DNA from: a virus
Lineage: Duplodnaviria > Caudoviricetes
Length of the DNA stretch: 64,000 nucleotides
Direction: 5' to 3' (one strand)
IMG/VR virus record: IMGVR_UViG_3300037466_003648
Location: 64,001-128,000 of that record
Positions 59,847-64,000 of the stretch are shown here, in pieces. The notes under the pieces are model-generated. The model saw only the letters and a list, made by a program, of their open reading frames with translations, was not told the origin of the DNA and did not search any database. The position numbers and the translations under genes are program-made. Every line of letters starts with the position of its first letter. Within the stretch, counting starts at the first letter, position 1.

Positions 59847-62558
59847 ATGTTCACCGAAGAGCTGCCGAAGGCTGCCCGCGCTCTACTGCCCACGCTCCGA
59901 CCAATGTCGGACAACTCCCTCACCGTCCTGAAGAAGCGGTACTTCGACAAGGACGACAACAAGACCTTCAAGGAAGACGAGAACGGCCTGTTCTGGCGGG
60001 TCGGCGAGTTCCTCGCCCGTGCCGAGCAGCTCTACAACTTCGGGTACAATCACCACCCCGAGATGGCGGTCGAGTTCTTCCGCCTGATGCGCGGCGGCTA
60101 CTTCCTCCCCAACTCCCCCACGTTGGCAAACGCTGGCACGCGGACCGGGCAGCTCTCCGCGTGCTTCGTGCTCCCGATTCTGGACTGCCTCTCGAACGGC
60201 AAGAACGGCATCATGGACACGCTCACCAAGGCACAGCTGATCTTCCAGACCGGCGGTGGTGTGGGCTACGCGTTCAGCCGCCTGCGCTCGGCCAACGCGC
60301 TGGTCGGCAGCACCAAGGGCACGTCGACCGGTCCGGTCTTCTACATGGACGTGTACGACGTCGCCTGCGAGAACATCAAGCAGGGTGGGATGCGTCGTGG
60401 TGCCCAGATGGGCATCCTGCGCGTCGACAGCCCGGACATCGTCACCAACCCGGACGCGCCCCTGGTCGATGGCAAGCCGTCGCAGGTGGGCTTCATCGAG
60501 CGCAAGAGCGACCTGACCAAGCTCACGAACTTCAACGTGAGCGTGGGCGTGACCGATGCGTTCCTGGAGGCCGTCGAGCGCGGTAAGCGCGGCGAGGACG
60601 ACACCTACGAGCTGATCGATCCCAAGTATGGGCCGACCGGTCGTCGCCTGTCCGCTACCATGGTCTGGAACCTGATCAAGGAGCGTGCGCACGCCACCGG
60701 CGAACCGGGTGTCGTGTTCCTCGATCGCATGAACGACGAGAACCCGGTGCCGGGTCTGGGCGAGTACGAAGCGACCAACCCCTGCGGCGAGCAGCCTCTG
60801 GTGCCCTACGAATCCTGCAACCTGGGCTCGATGGTCCAGGATCGCTACGTCAAAGAGCTGAGTGCTGCCAGCGATCGCCACGACGTGTTCTTGTACAGCC
60901 AGGACGGCAAGCGGGTCTTCGACCTGACTGCTTACCAGGCTGACATTCGCCTCTCGACGCGCGCCATGGACGACGTGGTAGACATGAACGAGTACGTTCC
61001 CGCGCGCGGCACGCCGGGCACGGAGAACTACTCGCCGGGCGTCCCCGAGATCAAGGAGACCACGCTCAAGACTCGCAAGCTGGGGCTGGGCATCATGGGC
61101 ATGGCACGCGCCTTGTTCATGATGGGTCTCAGCTACGACAGCGACGAAGGTCGCCGGATGGCGGAGTACCTGTACGCCATCCTGGACGTCACGTCCAAAG
61201 AAGCGTCGGTGCAGCTCGCCAAGGAGCGTGGCGCGTTCCCGTACATGCAAGAGAACTGGGACGAGTGCGTAGCGTTCTACACGCGCATCTGGTCCAAGCG
61301 CATCGCGCGTGCACGGGCGGCGGGTTTCCACACGATCGCCGATCGTTACGAAGCGCTGATCCCGCTGATGGCGGAGTACGGTATGCGCAACTCGACGACG
61401 ACCACGATCGCACCGACCGGCACGATCAGCATCATCGCCGAGACGTCGGGCGGCTGCGAGCCGGAGTTCTCGCTCTACACCTCGCGCTGGCAGGCTGGCG
61501 TCGAGATGGTCGAGCTGAATCCCGTCTTCATCGCCGAACTGCGCGAGCGGGACTTCACGGCTGCGGAGATCGATCTGCTGATCACCGTGCTGAAGGACCG
61601 CAAGCGCGGCAAGGGTTCGCTCAAGCAGACCCTCAAGTACATCGGTGCGGAGTTCAGCCCCGCGTCGGTGGCGCACCTCCACCAGTTGAAGGACATCTTC
61701 GTGGTGGCGGGCGACATCGCCCCGCGCGACCACGTCCTGATGCAGGCGGCGCTCCAGAAGTACAACGACAGCGCGTGCTCTAAGACGATCAACTTCCCCG
61801 AGGAAGCGACGTTGGAGGACGTGTCCGAGGCGTACGACCTGGCGGTCAGCGAAGGCTGCAAGGGCATCACGATCTACCGCGACAACTGCCGCGCGTTCCA
61901 GCCACTCACGGCCGGTTCCAAGGAAGAGGTCAAGGCGACCGTGCCGCTGGACGAGTTCAAGTTCGGTACCGCGCTTGTACTGGAGGAGCCCAGCGCCCCG
62001 CGTCCTCGCCCCGAACGCCTGCCCGGCTTCAACGAGCGGGTGGACACGGGCGACGGCACCCTGCACCTGCAGGTGGGCTACGACGAGTTCGGCATCCGCG
62101 AGGTGATTGCGAACGTCGGCAAGGGTGGTGGCACGATCAACGGACTGGTCGAAGCCATCGGGCGGCTCGTGAGCCTCGCGCTCAAGTACCGCGTGCCGGT
62201 GGGCGAGATCGTCAAGCAGCTGCGCGGCATCCGGTCTGCCAATCCCCAAGGGATTGGTCCGCGTCTGGTGTTGTCCGTCCCGGACGCGCTGGGCAAGGTG
62301 CTCGCGGCGGCGCCTGTCGAGTTGGTGGCGGCGACTTGGGGCGAAACCGAAGAGGAACCGAGCGAGGGTATTACCCACGCCGAGATCCCTCTGATGGAGA
62401 GCGTCACGTTCGCCAAGACCCAACCCGACAACTTGCACAGTGTGCACGACCTGGGCGAGAGCCCGGAGTGCCCGCAGTGCAGTGCCCCGATGAAGTTCGG
62501 GGAAGGGTGCCGGGGTGGTAGCTGCACCGATCCGACGTGCGGCTACGCCAAGTGCTAA
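59847..62558 (+). CDS. nrdJ: class II (adenosylcobalamin) ribonucleotide reductase with C-terminal extension and Zn ribbon
   Basis: PNSPTL, LSACFV, RRGAQM, TNPCGEQPL..ESCNLGS, TIAPTG, KGITIYR; no R2 gene adjacent. Confidence 0.9.
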   Translation: MFTEELPKAARALLPTLRPMSDNSLTVLKKRYFDKDDNKTFKEDENGLFWRVGEFLARAEQLYNFGYNHHPEMAVEFFRLMRGGYFLPNSPTLANAGTRTGQLSACFVLPILDCLSNGKNGIMDTLTKAQLIFQTGGGVGYAFSRLRSANALVGSTKGTSTGPVFYMDVYDVACENIKQGGMRRGAQMGILRVDSPDIVTNPDAPLVDGKPSQVGFIERKSDLTKLTNFNVSVGVTDAFLEAVERGKRGEDDTYELIDPKYGPTGRRLSATMVWNLIKERAHATGEPGVVFLDRMNDENPVPGLGEYEATNPCGEQPLVPYESCNLGSMVQDRYVKELSAASDRHDVFLYSQDGKRVFDLTAYQADIRLSTRAMDDVVDMNEYVPARGTPGTENYSPGVPEIKETTLKTRKLGLGIMGMARALFMMGLSYDSDEGRRMAEYLYAILDVTSKEASVQLAKERGAFPYMQENWDECVAFYTRIWSKRIARARAAGFHTIADRYEALIPLMAEYGMRNSTTTTIAPTGTISIIAETSGGCEPEFSLYTSRWQAGVEMVELNPVFIAELRERDFTAAEIDLLITVLKDRKRGKGSLKQTLKYIGAEFSPASVAHLHQLKDIFVVAGDIAPRDHVLMQAALQKYNDSACSKTINFPEEATLEDVSEAYDLAVSEGCKGITIYRDNCRAFQPLTAGSKEEVKATVPLDEFKFGTALVLEEPSAPRPRPERLPGFNERVDTGDGTLHLQVGYDEFGIREVIANVGKGGGTINGLVEAIGRLVSLALKYRVPVGEIVKQLRGIRSANPQGIGPRLVLSVPDALGKVLAAAPVELVAATWGETEEEPSEGITHAEIPLMESVTFAKTQPDNLHSVHDLGESPECPQCSAPMKFGEGCRGGSCTDPTCGYAKC

Positions 62559-62576
62559 CCTGCTCCTGACGTGTGA

Positions 62577-62606
62577 AGGGGTGAGCTGGTGACAGCTCAC
62601 CCCTTT
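62577..62606 (+). terminator. intrinsic terminator after RNR
   Basis: AAGGGGTGAGCTG/CAGCTCACCCCTT. Confidence 0.7.
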
Positions 62607-62762
62607 AGCGTTATGGTGACAAGTTTACACTTGTTGACATACACACGTTACAATACTTAATTGTCAATGCGAGCTAGGGATCTAGCAAGTTGCACAAGGT
62701 TCAGGGTATAGTCCTTTCGTCCACCAACCGAAGTTGTTGGTTAACCGAAAGGAACCTACTAC

Positions 62763-63197
62763 ATGTCTGAGATGTCCGAGATTCCCATGGCCGAGCAGCT
62801 GGCAACGCCGGATGAGGTCATGATCGTGACCACCGAAGACTTTCTGCAGATGATGAAGGATCACTTCGAGAAGGTGCCCTTCGTTGCCCTGAACCTGACG
62901 CGGTCGCAGACCATGTCGCCTGCTGACGGCGAAGAAGGCTACACAATGGCGACCCTGGTGGCCGTGGCCTTCGAGCGCGAAGAGATCACGATGGTCCCTG
63001 GTGCGATGTCAATGCTGACCAACCACTCCCCGCTGGTCGTTGGTGCCGAAGCCGACGACACCGACATCCAGACCATGATCGACCAGGAGCTGTACGCCAA
63101 AGTCCCCGGCGCCATGAAGGTGCTGGAGGCCGACGTGCCCCAGCAGCTGCAGAGCCACCCGGAGCTGCCGCCCGGCACCACGGTGATGCAGTTCTAG
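62763..63197 (+). CDS. acidic hypothetical protein
   Basis: AAAGGA SD after an AT-rich promoter region. Confidence 0.7.
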   Translation: MSEMSEIPMAEQLATPDEVMIVTTEDFLQMMKDHFEKVPFVALNLTRSQTMSPADGEEGYTMATLVAVAFEREEITMVPGAMSMLTNHSPLVVGAEADDTDIQTMIDQELYAKVPGAMKVLEADVPQQLQSHPELPPGTTVMQF

Positions 63198-63200
63198 CGC

Positions 63201-63229
63201 TTGACACTTGGCAGCGCCTGCTCTAACGT
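63201..63229 (+). promoter_or_regulatory. sigma70-like promoter
   Basis: TTGACA 63201-63206, 17 nt, TAACGT 63224-63229. Confidence 0.7.
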
Positions 63230-63258
63230 AGGATCAACTTGCTCCCGTTGGAGGAACC

Positions 63259-63990
63259 GTGGCCCACAAAACTGAAAGTGGTAAAAACAGTCGGGCGCCC
63301 CAAGCCCTGGAGAACCGCGTCGCCGAGTTGTTTCGCAAGTTCGGCTTCCGTCGCGCGGAACGTGTGATCAAGGAAGCCCACGACTCCCGTCCTGACGTCG
63401 AGGTTCCCGAGTTGCCAGGACTCGCGGTCGACAGCAAGTACTCCAAGGACGGCTGGACCAAGGCGCACAACTTCTTCATGAACCAGGTCGAGACCTACGT
63501 CGGCCAGCGTCGCAAGAACGAAGACAAGACGTACGAGTGGGCGGTGATGCCCATCCGTCCGGGTGGCAGCCCTGACATCCTTGTGGTGATGCGCATCGAG
63601 AAGTTCCTGGAGATGCTCCAGCAGCTCTTCCTGCGCAACAAGGATGGCGCCTGGGGTTGCATGCGCTGCGGCAGTCCGCTCGAAGAAACTGCCTGTTTCG
63701 CCGGTCAGTACCACTACCGCTGCACCGTGTGTAGCATGGAGTGCAGCACCAGCGAGACGCCGGACCCCAAGCACCGGGGCAGGATCTCCTCCCAGCGCGA
63801 GAAGCTGCGCGCCGCGGCACCCAAGCACGAGAAGTCCGTGATCAAGGACCACACGGTCCCTGCTACGACGGGTGATGGGCATCACCCATTGCCGGGTCAG
63901 TTGTCCGTCAAGGACGCCATCGAACGCTTCAAGAACCCACCCGCTGCCCCATCCACGCCCCGGCGCTCGAAGAAGAAGGAGACCCCATGA
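63259..63990 (+). CDS. PD-(D/E)XK nuclease, Holliday junction resolvase-like, with Zn ribbon
   Basis: LENRVAE...PDV...VDSK; CMRC...CTVC. Confidence 0.65.
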   Translation: MAHKTESGKNSRAPQALENRVAELFRKFGFRRAERVIKEAHDSRPDVEVPELPGLAVDSKYSKDGWTKAHNFFMNQVETYVGQRRKNEDKTYEWAVMPIRPGGSPDILVVMRIEKFLEMLQQLFLRNKDGAWGCMRCGSPLEETACFAGQYHYRCTVCSMECSTSETPDPKHRGRISSQREKLRAAAPKHEKSVIKDHTVPATTGDGHHPLPGQLSVKDAIERFKNPPAAPSTPRRSKKKETP

Positions 63991-64000
63991 CGACCAACGG

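Noticed and set aside
29712-62558. Inteins or homing endonucleases in polymerase, helicases, primase or RNR
   Set aside because: Motif spacing is near normal; no Cys...His-Asn splice junctions or LAGLIDADG blocks seen

Overview
High-GC segment of a large (jumbo-type) tailed bacteriophage genome, read in the standard genetic code, with sigma70-like promoters and AGGAG ribosome-binding sites. No rRNA, CRISPR array, integrase or transposase is visible. 1-19.2 kb: accessory and nucleotide-handling genes (HNH, lytic transglycosylase, HTH-metallophosphoesterase, XRE regulator, HIRAN, an NAD+-dependent DNA ligase split into two genes, CYTH, VWA + MoxR-type ATPase, papain-like protease, phosphatase, MazG). 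19.2-23.8 kb: an RNA island with 31 hand-parsed tRNAs covering all 20 amino acids. Interleaved with them are several non-canonical RNAs: an 82-nt tmRNA-like RNA with no mRNA-like domain, a 59-nt armless Ala-identity RNA ending in CCA, a tRNA with a 57-nt D-loop, a tRNA with a 72-nt variable region, an 8/4 tRNA-Ser, and other structured spacers. 26.4-28.7 kb: a short minus-strand PAAR/spike-like module. 29.7-64 kb: replication and recombination genes (family A polymerase, beta clamp, DnaX and delta-like loader subunits, HU, UDG-like, SNF2, SF2 and UvrD helicases, primase, RNase HII, class II RNR, resolvase-like nuclease). Stand-out proteins are a DEDDh exonuclease with an internal LysM domain, an ACP-like protein with Asp in place of the phosphopantetheine Ser, and an Hfq-like protein. 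At least seven promoters share a hairpin whose 5' arm is in the promoter and whose 3' arm covers the downstream SD. All calls are from reading motifs and base pairs by eye; no database search or folding program was run.
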